A stretch of 64,000 bases of DNA. It comes from Neoconidiobolus thromboides FSU 785 (lineage: Eukaryota > Fungi > Entomophthoromycota). The notes under the pieces were generated by a model, which did not search any database, was not told the DNA's origin, and saw only the letters and a program-made list of their open reading frames with translations. Each line of letters starts with the position of its first letter. The first letter of the stretch is position 1. Shown here piece by piece: positions 25,553 to 37,062 of this stretch. The translations under genes were made by a program, and so were the position numbers. The stretch lies in the NCBI GenBank assembly GCA_025603075.1, contig MU626373.1:1-64000 (forward strand). The letters run 5' to 3'.

Positions 25553-26524
25553 TTATTTGCATAAATCTGATACTGGTTTCCTCCATCTTAAGGCGTATGA
25601 GAATAAGTTGAACATAATACAAACAGCAATGATACCAATACACCAAAAGAAAGCAATATAGTCTGCAAGACAACCCATAACTGGAGAACTAGGTTGGGAA
25701 TTTCTAACAGTTGGTAAAGCGAAAAGAATAGAAACACCAACAGCTATTAAAGGAGGAGGTACTTCACGTCTTGATATAACATAATCATAGGTGATGATTC
25801 CATATGGGATAACTAATCCCCACATAACAGCCATTAAGAAAAACGAAAATGCTTGACTGGAACTAGGTGTAGCTAAGTCAATTGTAATAGCTATAGCATC
25901 TGGATTATTATAAGTACCAAGGAAATAATCTTCATTGTCGTCTTTAACTAGATATATTTCTACATGTGGAGTATGGCTTACTAAACTTTCATCAACATAT
26001 ATGGCTAGTGGAAGGGCTTCTTTTTTAGAACCTAAACAAATAGCAGTAAATAGACCAAAGTAAGATTCAAGTGGATAGTCACGAACAGTTCCATAAACTA
26101 TTGGAATAGTGAAACTGACGGTGTTGGTAGGTTGCCCTTTTATGATGATCTTCTTTTCATATAATAAATCACAAGTGATATTTTGATTTGAGGTATAAAA
26201 CTCATCAACATAATCATCGCCAAGCATTCGAAATCTAGCATTCAAATTAATTTTACGAGCTGGTGCTTCCACAGATTGGAATGAAAGGTATAGCGTAACA
26301 CCACTAAATGGTTTATTATCTTCAAGTTCATGTTCTGAAAATGTATATCCTTGAGATACATACACAGGTTCAAGGTTCTTGAGCTCTCTTGTATATGGGT
26401 CATGCATCTTGTTAATAACTGGGACTACAATGATACACCATAGAGATATACCTATAAACGAGAGAAATATTCTCCTGAGTCTTGTTGTGGACATAATCTT
26501 TCCATAGAAATCTTTGATTGACAT
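25553..26524 (-). CDS. DUF4436-like membrane protein, paralog A (intronless; N-terminal TM, extracellular domain, 3 C-terminal TMs)
   Basis: 323-aa ORF; RDYPLE and ILFALPTVRNSQPSSPVMGCLADYIAFFWC recall the DUF4436 signature (YPFD; LFA..PLRN..PG.PP.G...D....W) from memory; clear paralog at 58960-59934. Confidence 0.75.
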   Translation of the reverse strand: MSIKDFYGKIMSTTRLRRIFLSFIGISLWCIIVVPVINKMHDPYTRELKNLEPVYVSQGYTFSEHELEDNKPFSGVTLYLSFQSVEAPARKINLNARFRMLGDDYVDEFYTSNQNITCDLLYEKKIIIKGQPTNTVSFTIPIVYGTVRDYPLESYFGLFTAICLGSKKEALPLAIYVDESLVSHTPHVEIYLVKDDNEDYFLGTYNNPDAIAITIDLATPSSSQAFSFFLMAVMWGLVIPYGIITYDYVISRREVPPPLIAVGVSILFALPTVRNSQPSSPVMGCLADYIAFFWCIGIIAVCIMFNLFSYALRWRKPVSDLCK

Positions 26525-28446
26525 TTTAGTCTGAATATATAGGTAACAAAAACTTTATTAAGCTTTGATTTTAGCTTTATCTTACTTTAGATATTTATAC
26601 CATTTTTTGAGGTAACTACTTTGGAACGCTATAAGAAATCCCGTATCTAAGGTTACTAAAACCTTGATTCATTGTTACTATACTGTATGCAAATATATGG
26701 TAAATTTTAAAGTAGTTTCCTTTCCTTGGGCATAAATGGTAGAAAAACCATGAATTAAATACCTTTCATTTATAAAAATTCAATTAGAGTAATTTTATGT
26801 CCTTGCCATAGTGGATTTGCCCAAAAGGGATGATTGATTTAGAAGTTACTCTAAAATTTCCAATAAAGATTGAAATAAAAGGGTTATCCCTGATGTGATT
26901 AGATTTTTATATTGTATTGCTTTGACAAGTCCTTTGTAAATCTTGGAAAGGTAAAAAAGCAAAGCGTCTTATTTCCTAAATCACAATAAACCGACTAGGA
27001 GAATAAGAGTGAGAGGTTAAAATATAGGACTGAAAAACAAAGTGTATGTATGCAAGTATGGATAAGTTAAAAAACTTGTCCACAGTTTCAGGTAGCTTTT
27101 TTACAGCTTATTTTAAGTTTAAATATAAAAATTATAAATCAATTCTTAAATTAAAAAAGGATAGCTTTAGCTACATTTAACCTTAATTTATAATTTTTTC
27201 ACATCTCAAAACTGAAAAAAACTAAACCTTGAATTTGAATTCATGTTCCTAATATACGTTGTACTCTTCTGCTTAATATACAAAATCTAATTCAACTATA
27301 TTAACATATGGCAAATATAGTGTTTTAAGTTTCCTCTCAGAAAGACAACTGTAGTCACTAGTATGTTATAAGAAATGATAGGCGATTTTTCTGAACATAA
27401 ATGTAATAAATAAAATAATAAATAAATTTAATCAATGTTCTCATAATGGTATTTTAGTAAAATAATGAGGTCCATAATTCAAATAATATTTGTAACTAAA
27501 AATTATATCAGTCAAGTTTATTGAATTTTGTTATCAAGATGATGTGATTTAACAAATTTAGAATTCTATATAAAAATAAAGCCATCAAAAAGGAGATTTA
27601 AGGGATCCCACATTATTGAATATTGTTCTTCTATCAAAAATTAACCTTTATTTACATTGTTTTAAGCTAAATTATTGTTATGAATAATTATATAGATAGT
27701 TTTACTGGTCTATAATCATTGTCATTCTATTTTAATTTTACTAAGTTTATTATAATAGTTTGAATCAATAAAAATAAATTGATAGGCATAATTTTTACGA
27801 AAATGTTTATTAAATTTGTATATTATATAAATAAATATAGATGACATACGCATACTCATACTTATTTAAATCAACTGAATAAGTTTAAAGTATCAGAATT
27901 TTTTAAACGAACAATTTTTTAAATAAAATAGTCATTTTTGTTTGTGCTTATTCTTTTATTGAATCCTGTAACTAGTTTAGTACTAATTTAAAATAACTCT
28001 CAAGATTTAATTAAAAATACCAAAAGATACTCTATTATTTTATTTTTTGCTCAAATTCGATATATCTAGTGTTTTTGTATCCTTAATACTTTTTTTGAAT
28101 CTCAAACTGTTGATTCCTAATACATTAAATAAATGAACAAAATTTCGATTGAACTTTTATATCTCTCTTTATCTATAAACTTAAATCAAAAATGCTTCAT
28201 TTTGAGTTATTAAATTATATTTAGATAACTATCAATATTAACGAGATCTAAGGTGTTAGTATATGTTATATAAAAATAAAATAGAATTCTATTCAATCAT
28301 TTGAATGATTACAAGGCTTTATTAAGATATCAGAGTACGAGGAAGTAGGAACATGTCGAAAAAATACTCATTCCTAATCGTCTTTGTATACTTTATATGT
28401 AAGAATCATTTACTTGTTAAGGAAGCTTGGAATCTTCAGTACTATT

Positions 28447-28547
28447 TGGGGCTGTTTTTTTTGATTTCATTATTTTTCCGTTTTTTAAGCACTATTTGAG
28501 TGGAAAATTTGTTAGTAAAATTCTTAAACACAAAAATACATCCTCAT
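28447..28547 (+). mobile_element. MITE-like repeat copy (cluster 3' of the ATPase gene)
   Basis: TGGGGCTGTTTTTTTTGATTTCATTA...AAAAATACATCCTCAT. Confidence 0.8.
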
Positions 28548-28579
28548 TTAATGATGGAAACATTGTGATTAGCTTTAAA

Positions 28580-28788
28580 ATATGAGGATGTATTTTTTTG
28601 TTTAAGGATTTTACTAACAATCTTTACACTCAGACAGTGCTTAAAAAAAGTGGAAAAGTAACAAAACCAAAAAAACGTCACCATATGGGGCTGTTTTTTT
28701 TAGTTTCATTATTTTTCCATTTTTTAAGCGCTATTTATGTGGAAAAATTGTCAGTAAAATCCTTAAATACAAAAATACATCCCCATAT
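28580..28788. mobile_element. Head-to-head MITE dimer (28580-28686 minus, 28683-28788 plus) forming a ~210-bp imperfect palindrome
   Basis: Junction CGTCACC-ATAT-GGGGCTG with one shared ATAT; both outer ends read ATATG(A/G)GGATGTATTTTT. Confidence 0.85.
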
Positions 28789-28850
28789 GCTATTTTTACT
28801 ATAGTATCTGGAATTCTGTATATTGAAATGTCTTTTACTATTTTCAACCA

Positions 28851-28953
28851 ATATAAGGATATGTTTTTTTTAGATTCATCACTTCCATTTTTAAGTACTA
28901 TTTGAGCTGAAAAACTGTTAGTAAAATTCTCAAACATAAAAATACATCCTCAT
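28851..28953 (+). mobile_element. MITE-like repeat copy
   Basis: ATATAAGGATATGTTTTTTT...TTAAGTACTATTTGAG...AAAAATACATCCTCAT. Confidence 0.75.
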
Positions 28954-29076
28954 GAATTAAAAATTATTAGGAGGATAGTAAAATAAAAAACGTTATTATA
29001 TATTAAAGTATATAGTTTAAAAAATAAAAGACAATTAATTTTATTAACTATTAATATAAAACTTTGGTGGAGGTAG

Positions 29077-32000
29077 TTAAGGTTTAGAATCAGGGATGAT
29101 GGTACGTACAGTAGGATGCATTAGCAAACCTTGGATTGTAGGATTAAACTTGATAGGTCTAAAACGTTGAGTGAGGAAGAATCTCAAGCTAGAGTAAAGC
29201 AACAGGACAGAACCAGTGAGAATCGGACCAACAAGAAAGACAAGGGGTACATTTGGTGAAAGGTTAAATACTGTATTGACCCCAGGACAATAAACAAGGA
29301 AGCCCATTAATACAAAACCAATTAAGAGACCGACAAAATTACGATAGTTAGTAAAAATATGTTTTCCAAATGGATAAGTGATTTTAGATTTACAGCAGAA
29401 CATATTAAAGGCTTGGATAATGACTACTGAAAAGGTATACACAGTCTCGAATTGGGCTAATATTTCTAACAATTCGCTTCGTTTAAATTGCTGCCCGTTA
29501 CTTACTGAAAATATAGTGTCACGATCTGGTAGATCCGAAAAGGCAAAGGTTTTTTGCAATTCAATAGAATCGTAAAAATTAATTCCACGATAACTTAGTA
29601 AAAAGAAAGAGCATACAGCAGCACCAGTAACTTCAATTATACCAGCTTCAAAGAAAGCCCAAGATATTAATTCGACATCAACAATAATCTCATTCTCGGT
29701 TTTTTCAAATAGCTCTTTCCAATAAGTTAATGTATATAGCCTTGAAATGCTATGAACGATCCTTTTAAAACTTGATACCTGAATTTCTTCCCCGGTTTCT
29801 GGATCTCTTTCAAGCTTAATCTCACGCGATTTTACTCTGCGGAATCTTTCTACTGACTCTTTAGTTACTGGTTTACGTGGTGCAAGCCTCATAAGCCCTG
29901 TCTTTGTCTCTGGTTTATCCCAAGCAAATGATAAAGCTAAGCAAAGTTCATAACCAAGATCAAGAGAAATAATCTGAAGCGAAGTCAAGAGTAATGGGAT
30001 AGGAACAGCAATATAAAGAAGCTGTGGAATAACCTCTGGCATTGTATGAGTTACTGTATATCTTATACTTTTTTTTAGATTTGCAAAGATAAGACGACCT
30101 TCTTCAATACCACGAATAGTCGAGGCAAAATTATCATCAAGTAAAATCATTGAAGCGGCTTCTTTAGACACATCCGAACCAGATTCATTCATTGCAATAC
30201 CAAGATCTGCTTTCTTTAAAGCTGGGGAATCATTAACACCATCACCAGTGACACCTACAATATGTCCCATAGATTGAGCACGTTTAACAATTTCAAGCTT
30301 ATGACGTGGTGAAGTACGAGCAAATATAATTTCATCTTTAGAAAAGATATTGTCCCATTCTTGGTCATTTAACGCGTCAATTTGTTCACCATGTATGACA
30401 ATAGCACCATATTCATCTTCACCAATAGATTCGATTGGACGTCCAGTTTTTTTGGCGACCATTTGTTTAGTATCAGAAAGCATCAAATTAATTTTACGAC
30501 CAATGGCTTCAGCAGTAAGTGGATGATCACCAGTTACCATCATTACGCGAATGCCTGCTGTTCTGCACATACCAATAGCTTCACGTACACCATGCTTTGG
30601 AGGATCCTCTAATGAAGTGAGACCAACAAAGGTTAAACCAGTTGTTGGGTAATTGTTAAGCTTCTTATCGAATACAAAATCTTTAGGGAACTGATCTCTT
30701 GGTAATAAAAGTTGAGCAAATGCAAGTACACGATGTCCTTTACCAGCCATAAGCTCATAAATTTCTTGGAACTGTGCTTTATGCTCTTCATTGAGTGGAA
30801 TAATTTGCCCTTCCATTAAAATAGTTGTACAAAGGCGTAATACTCTTTCTGGAGCACCTTTTAAGTAAAGGGTAAGATCGCCATTAGCATGAGGAATTTG
30901 ACTAATAGTCATTGCCCATTTGTTATCCGAATTGAATGGAATGTCAAAAACACGAGGGTATTTAGTTTGGAGCTCATCAAAATCGTTTTGGCTTTGAGCA
31001 GCAAATCGAATAAGACCAGCTTCGGTGGCATCACCAATAATTTCTCTTTTATCAACCGGTATATCAGTACGGTCAAATTTAGCTCTGGAATTTAATGAAC
31101 AGTTTAATAAAATTTCTTCCATTCCAGGAGAAGCTATTTGAACAGGATTGTCAGCATTTCCTAAATTTCTCAATGAAGAATAAAGCTTATTAGATGACCA
31201 CACGCTAGTAACAGTCATTTGGTTACGAGTGAGAGTTCCTGTTTTATCAGTGGCAAGGAGAGTAATTGCTCCCAAAGTTTCAACACCTTGAAGGTCCTTC
31301 ACCAAAACGTTTTGTTTAGCCATACGCTTAGCAGCAAAAGTAAGCAACATAGTTAAAGTAGCTGGAAGACCTTCTGGTACCCAACCACAAAAAACGCCTA
31401 CTCCAAAAGTTAAACAATCTTTTAAAGCCATACCACTGGTGAGTCCTAATAGGAAGAAAATAATCCCAGTCAAAAAAGCTACTGAGGCAACTAGCTTAAC
31501 ATAAATACTAATCTCTACTGAAAGTGGGGAAGGGTTCTTCTTTTCATTTGTTGTTAAACCAGCAATTTGACCTAACACAGTAGAATCACCAGTTTTAATT
31601 ATAATACCATAACCTTCACCAGCAACAACTAGGGTTCCGTTAAAACCAATATTATGCGCTTCAAGTGGGTTTTTCATATCGTTATCAACAGTACGTGACT
31701 GTGGTTCTGATTCTCCAGTAAGTGAAGAGTTGTCTACTTTCATTTCGGAAACATTAAATAGATATAAATCAGCAGGGATTTTATCACCCATACGAACAAA
31801 TACAATATCACCTGGGACTAAATCAGCTCCAGGAATTTGTGTTAATGATCCACCGCGTACTACACGGCATTGTTGAGGAATCATATTAAGAAAAGATTCT
31901 AAAGCATTTGCCGATTTTTGTAATTGAATAAACTCAATAATTGCATTAAGAATAGATACTCCAACTAATATAGCACCCACATAAGAAGAAGAAAAATTAT

Positions 32001-32286
32001 TGATAGGATCAATAGCAAAGATGATGAATGTCATCAAACCGGCTAGGATTAAGAGCACATTAAAAAGATTTAATAAACATTCGAGAAAGCGAACAATCGG
32101 GTGCTTTCTTTTAGCTGGACTTAATGTGTTTGGACCATATATCTCTTTAGCCTTTTCAATTTTTTCTAATGATAAACCTTGGCTTTCAGCTGGCTTAGAA
32201 GGATTAACGGAGGTCTCAAATTTTTTACATACATCTTCAAGTGGGAGTAAATGTTCCAGAATCTCAACTTGTTTAGCTTCTTTCAT
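29077..32286 (-). CDS. P-type cation-transporting ATPase, Na,K/H,K-ATPase-like (type IIC-related), intronless
   Basis: DNSSLTGESEPQ, VPEGL, DKTGTLT phosphorylation site, KGAPERVL, MVTGDHPLTA, FARTSP, TGDGVNDSPALKKAD; ~10 TM segments; 1069 aa. Confidence 0.95.
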   Translation of the reverse strand: MKEAKQVEILEHLLPLEDVCKKFETSVNPSKPAESQGLSLEKIEKAKEIYGPNTLSPAKRKHPIVRFLECLLNLFNVLLILAGLMTFIIFAIDPINNFSSSYVGAILVGVSILNAIIEFIQLQKSANALESFLNMIPQQCRVVRGGSLTQIPGADLVPGDIVFVRMGDKIPADLYLFNVSEMKVDNSSLTGESEPQSRTVDNDMKNPLEAHNIGFNGTLVVAGEGYGIIIKTGDSTVLGQIAGLTTNEKKNPSPLSVEISIYVKLVASVAFLTGIIFFLLGLTSGMALKDCLTFGVGVFCGWVPEGLPATLTMLLTFAAKRMAKQNVLVKDLQGVETLGAITLLATDKTGTLTRNQMTVTSVWSSNKLYSSLRNLGNADNPVQIASPGMEEILLNCSLNSRAKFDRTDIPVDKREIIGDATEAGLIRFAAQSQNDFDELQTKYPRVFDIPFNSDNKWAMTISQIPHANGDLTLYLKGAPERVLRLCTTILMEGQIIPLNEEHKAQFQEIYELMAGKGHRVLAFAQLLLPRDQFPKDFVFDKKLNNYPTTGLTFVGLTSLEDPPKHGVREAIGMCRTAGIRVMMVTGDHPLTAEAIGRKINLMLSDTKQMVAKKTGRPIESIGEDEYGAIVIHGEQIDALNDQEWDNIFSKDEIIFARTSPRHKLEIVKRAQSMGHIVGVTGDGVNDSPALKKADLGIAMNESGSDVSKEAASMILLDDNFASTIRGIEEGRLIFANLKKSIRYTVTHTMPEVIPQLLYIAVPIPLLLTSLQIISLDLGYELCLALSFAWDKPETKTGLMRLAPRKPVTKESVERFRRVKSREIKLERDPETGEEIQVSSFKRIVHSISRLYTLTYWKELFEKTENEIIVDVELISWAFFEAGIIEVTGAAVCSFFLLSYRGINFYDSIELQKTFAFSDLPDRDTIFSVSNGQQFKRSELLEILAQFETVYTFSVVIIQAFNMFCCKSKITYPFGKHIFTNYRNFVGLLIGFVLMGFLVYCPGVNTVFNLSPNVPLVFLVGPILTGSVLLLYSSLRFFLTQRFRPIKFNPTIQGLLMHPTVRTIIPDSKP

Positions 32287-34238
32287 TTTTTGAATAAATT
32301 ATAGTATAATACAAATAGTAAATCAAGATAAGTGGTGTATATAGTCAATCAAATTAAATAATGTATATTTTTGAACTGTACTTCTAAGGAATCTAAAACA
32401 AAGAATTGAATCTTTTAATATCTTTAGAGATAATTCCAGCACTTAAATATCATTCATGTCTCACCTTACCAGTGCTAATTGAACTTACATTATTTATCAT
32501 TGAAATGAAAATTAGAATTCTGATTAATGTTGAGTTTTAATGCAGAATATTCCATAACTACTTTTTAAGTTATATAATGTGGGGTTAATGTGGGTAATTT
32601 TTTGATGAGTAATATTTAACTACAATATTATTTTCATTGATGAAGCTTATAGTGAGTCAATCAAGGGGATTTTTTGCTTAAAGTGAGAATTGAAGGCTGG
32701 AGTTTGGTTGGAGTGGGGGGTAATTTAATTATTATTGGATCATCGAATGCTCTTTGCTATGTAAATTAATAACCTAAGAAGTTCTTACTATGGCTTATTT
32801 AAGAAAGCATTTAGTTGGTCAAGGTATACCCAAAGATGGGGTATAATGTACATAATTTCAGTATCATTGAAAAGGTAGTTTTATTTCATCAAATCATTTT
32901 CAAATTTTTTGTTCATAATTTTGCATTTTAATGTTGTGGAGATTTAAATATAAAATATTTGATTTTTAAGAATTTGATTTGCAAAATATTTAATCTTAGT
33001 TAGCTATATTTTATACTTATATTTAATGTGATATAAGCATCATATTTCTAGAGGACAATTAGGGCAATATCAATTTTAAAATGAAAAATTATTTTGAAAG
33101 TAAGGTTTTTATCTGAAATTCGGGGATTTTATAATTGAATCAAATTCTGTTTTAAAAAAAGAACTGATGTGCGTAACTAATTTTGTCACTTCTTGCGGAT
33201 ACTTTATTAGATATAAATTTCTAAAAATTTAATCAACTAAAGTTTTCTATCACTCCTATAATAATATAGGGATTTGGTCACCTTAAACCCCAAAGCTTAT
33301 AGTCTATCAAATATCATATTAGCTATGTTTTTATTTTGTCTTAACACTTCCCAAACATCCTTTAAAGCTTTTACTAAAAAGGTTCTGGTAAGCAACAGCT
33401 TACAGTATTTTTACACAACACTTATTTCAAGAAAAAGTAAGTAATTTGTAGTAAAGATTTGAATGATTGAAATAAAAACAAAGTTGAAAAATTGCAATAT
33501 ACGAGGGTAGGCCAAAAAGTTCAAGGAAAGTCAAAAAAAAGCTAAAGAAAATAAAAAGTATGTTTAAAAACTATATCTATTTTTGTATATACAAGTTTTT
33601 TAAAATAGCTTCTTAGTTTGTTTATTTTAAAAAAAACATTTTAACTAAAAGTCTAATTCAACTCTTAATATTTTATTTTTATTAAAGCATTCCTATAAAT
33701 TTATAAATAATACGATTTAAAAAAACTGAAATCTGAATAGTTAATGGTATTTTATTTGAATCAAATAGAACAGTTTCTCATTATTATTTTAATATTTTAG
33801 TAATATTGTTGAATTTTTTTAAATTTTAATGATTAAAAACTCTTCCTTGCATTTGTAATTGACTTATAAAAGCTGCTAATCTAACTATTTTAAAACTTTT
33901 CAAGGAGTATATCACATTTTTGTAGATTCTATTTACAAAAAACTAGACCTCCAGTATCTTTTTGTCTTCATCATTTTTAGATTTTTTAACTTACCTTGGT
34001 AAGCAAAACAATTATAGTTAAGGTCATAACTTCGTTATAAAATTTTGAGCAATTGTTAAAAAATACTTTTAATCAGTTTGACCTTTTTCTCAATAAAGTA
34101 TAATAGGTTAAAATACTGTACAATGTAATTTTAATGCTGATACTGTTTAAAATTTAGTACATGCTTATCACACTTTTTAGCAAAAGATATAAAAATCTTT
34201 AGAATTATTTATATAAAAATTCAAATTTGACTATTACT

Positions 34239-34339
34239 TGAGGCTGTTTTTTTTGGTTCCCTAACTTTTTCCATTTTTAAGCACTATTTGAGCGGAAAAA
34301 TTGTTAGTAAAATTATTAAGCAAAGACATGTATCCCCAT
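34239..34339 (+). mobile_element. MITE-like repeat copy
   Basis: TGAGGCTGTTTTTTTTGG...TTAAGCACTATTTGAGCGGAAAAATTGTTAGTAAAATT...TATCCCCAT. Confidence 0.8.
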
Positions 34340-34481
34340 TTATATAAAAAAATCTTAATGTATTACCAAAAACTTTTGTTTAATTTAGTTAATTCAAAGT
34401 GTATAATTTTATAAAAATAGTTTCTATATTAAAAAACTAATCAAAGTTTTAATATAGCAATATAACGTAATAAAAAAGCTG

Positions 34482-34932
34482 TGAAGTCTGGTACTCAGTG
34501 ATTGGAGTCAAGAACAGCTATTGCTGGGTTGACTACACTATAAGTCGAAAGGTCTTAGTTTATGTGGCTAAGATAGACTTGAGTTATGAAGAATAGCACT
34601 TAATAGGTTACAGACTATGTAAGATAAATACAATAGACAATACTACTCTGGAATCTGCGTAAAATATTATCAGAAAGATTTAATGGCTTTATTAAAGGTA
34701 TGATAACACGAAGTAATTCAATTAAAAAGCCGCAGGTTGTTATGTTATAAAATCTACTTTATACCCTAACAAGTATGCATATCAAAACAGAGAGATAACG
34801 TCTTTCGGAATTACGTAGTAGAAATTTTCATAGTAAATTAAAATAAACGACTTGGGATTAATTATGTCTGAACTTGAGAATATAGCAACTTAAGTGATTT
34901 CTATGTTGATCATAGAGCTGAAGAAGTGATAT
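34482..34932 (+). repeat. ~450-bp dispersed repeat, copy 2 (inverted relative to 664-1107)
   Basis: Colinear match to the reverse complement of 664-1107; both copies have in-frame stops. Confidence 0.75.
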
Positions 34933-35272
34933 CCTACTACTTATGAACCTACTTTTAACAAAAAATTTAAAGTTTTAAAAAAATAATAACTACTATTTAT
35001 TTTATTAACTTTATTAACAAACTATTAAATATCATAAATACAAGTGAATATTATAAAAAGTTTTACTTAATTTTCAAAAGTGGTTTAATTTATAAATCAC
35101 TGCTTATGTAAAGAAAAATAAAAATGTTTTTTCACCCACTTATTTTTAAAATTTAGCTTAATCAGATAGTTTTAAAGAATTATAAAAAGTAAAAGTATAA
35201 TGGGATAATAAATAAACAAGACATTTTTATTTAAATTTATAATATTCATAGCTTAGTAACTCAAAACAATTC

Positions 35273-35308
35273 TTTTATTTTTATTTTTTATTTTTTATTT
35301 TTTATTTT
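35273..35308. repeat. (T5-6A)n microsatellite
   Basis: TTTTATTTTTATTTTTTATTTTTTATTTTTTATTTT. Confidence 0.7.
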
Positions 35309-36396
35309 AAAAATCATAAATAATAATATTTAAATACTTTGCTATATTATGTGAAATATTGTTCTATCAGCTTTGTAATTAATTAGATTTATATAGTACA
35401 ACTAATTCAAAGCTTTTTGTTTTGATTTACTATGAGAATTTCTACCACTTAATTGCAAAAGAAACATTATTTCCTTATTTTAACATCTATGTTTAGCAAT
35501 TACAATAACAAATTACAATCGTTGTTATGTTCCATATATACAGCCACTCAATTGGAACATAAAATGAAGTTTTTAATACAATAATTTAAGGCTTTCTAGT
35601 TAAATTGTTTCTTGAGATTGTACTTTTAATAAAGTTGCTAAGTTTTATAGTATTTCATATAAATTTCATATAAATTCCATAACAATATTTTTTATTTTAT
35701 TTGTTTTATATAGCATGTAGCTTATTTTATCCTATTTTTATTTAAACCTATCTTAGCTACATAAAGTAAAACTTTTTAAATTATAGCAAATTAATTAAGC
35801 AAAAACTGCTTTTTAATGCTAGTTATCAAAGACTAACTTTTGTGACTATTTAAAACTCTATATTAATAAAGTATATGCCTTTAGTTTAAAAAATTATCTA
35901 TATAATTTTGTTTTTAGCTAATAAAAGGACTAAAAAATAGCCTTTAAATATTGTTTTAAAGCAGTTTCTAAAGAATTTATTTTGAGTATTATTAAAAGTT
36001 ATTTTTTTAATTTAAATTTGAAACTTAGCTAGACTTTGATTAGTTTTAAATCATTTTATGCTTAATTTCAAAAAAGTTAAATTTTATAATACTATACTTT
36101 TTAAAGATAAAACTCAATGTTTTAAGAATTAAGTACAAATAAATATACAAAATATATTTTATTTGCTATAATTTTAAGCTATAGTTTTATTATTATTATA
36201 ATATTGAATATTAAAACTTTATAATTTAAAAAAATAAATTCATTTTAATATAAATTTTTATAAGCAGAATAAAACAAAATAAAATAAGAAACCTTTAGTT
36301 ATATACTTTTTTATAATATATACAACTTTAAAAATAAATTAATATAACTTTAAATTTTGACTTTTTATAAAATTTTAATATTTATAATAAATAATT

Positions 36397-36525
36397 AATA
36401 TGGGGATGTTTTTTTGATTCCATTGGGGATGTTTTTTTTGATTTCATTACTTTTCCATTTTTTAAGCGCTATTTGAGTGGAAAAATTCTTAGTAAAATTC
36501 ATAAACGAAAAAATACATTCTCATA
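36397..36525 (+). mobile_element. MITE-like repeat copy with duplicated left end
   Basis: TGGGGATGTTTTTTTGATTCCAT followed by TGGGGATGTTTTTTTTGATTTCATTAC..., then the full body to ACATTCTCATAT. Confidence 0.85.
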
Positions 36526-37062
36526 TATTTTTATTAGATTATAATTAGCTTAAATATAAAAATTTAATTTTATTAAAATCAACAATTTATTTAATATAAT
36601 AAATTTTATTTTTTAATGATTAAAATGTGATAAATATAAAATAAAAACTCTATAATATTAAAAAAACTTACTTTTACAGTATAAAACATTTTTCAATATG
36701 ATTAAACCTGTTTTTTACTAATTTCGAATTTTTAATAGTTGTAAAAATATGATAATAAAAACATAAGCTAAAGCTATTATTATCTAGATTTTAATATCTT
36801 ATAAAAATTTTAATAAAAAATATTATATTAAAAGCTTAAATAATGTGTTCTAAAAAAACACGTATATAAACATAATTTAAGTCAAGATAATTATATATAT
36901 GGGGGTATATTTTATTTAGGTTTTTAATATTTATTTAAAAAACTAAATATATTTTTATATTTTTATCCAATATTACTAATCTTTATGACTTAATATTATA
37001 AAATATTTATAATATTAGCTGCAGAAAGTTTAGACGGTAATTAGGTATTTAACTTTTACTAT

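Noticed and set aside
28598-28937. ORF-track ORFs 28598-28804 and 28731-28937 (also 37086-37280, 41056-41268)
   Set aside because: They lie on MITE copies, use non-ATG starts and show no conserved protein; repeat-derived artefacts.
28447-28953. Clustered ~105-bp repeats as a possible CRISPR-like array
   Set aside because: Units are long, in mixed orientation, with TIRs and no regular unique spacers; eukaryotic context with no cas genes.
29378-32293. Plus-strand ORFs inside the ATPase (and similar antisense or alternate-frame ORFs in UPF2, ValRS, MSC2, DOP1, bHLH)
   Set aside because: Shadow ORFs of real coding sequence, with no independent motifs.
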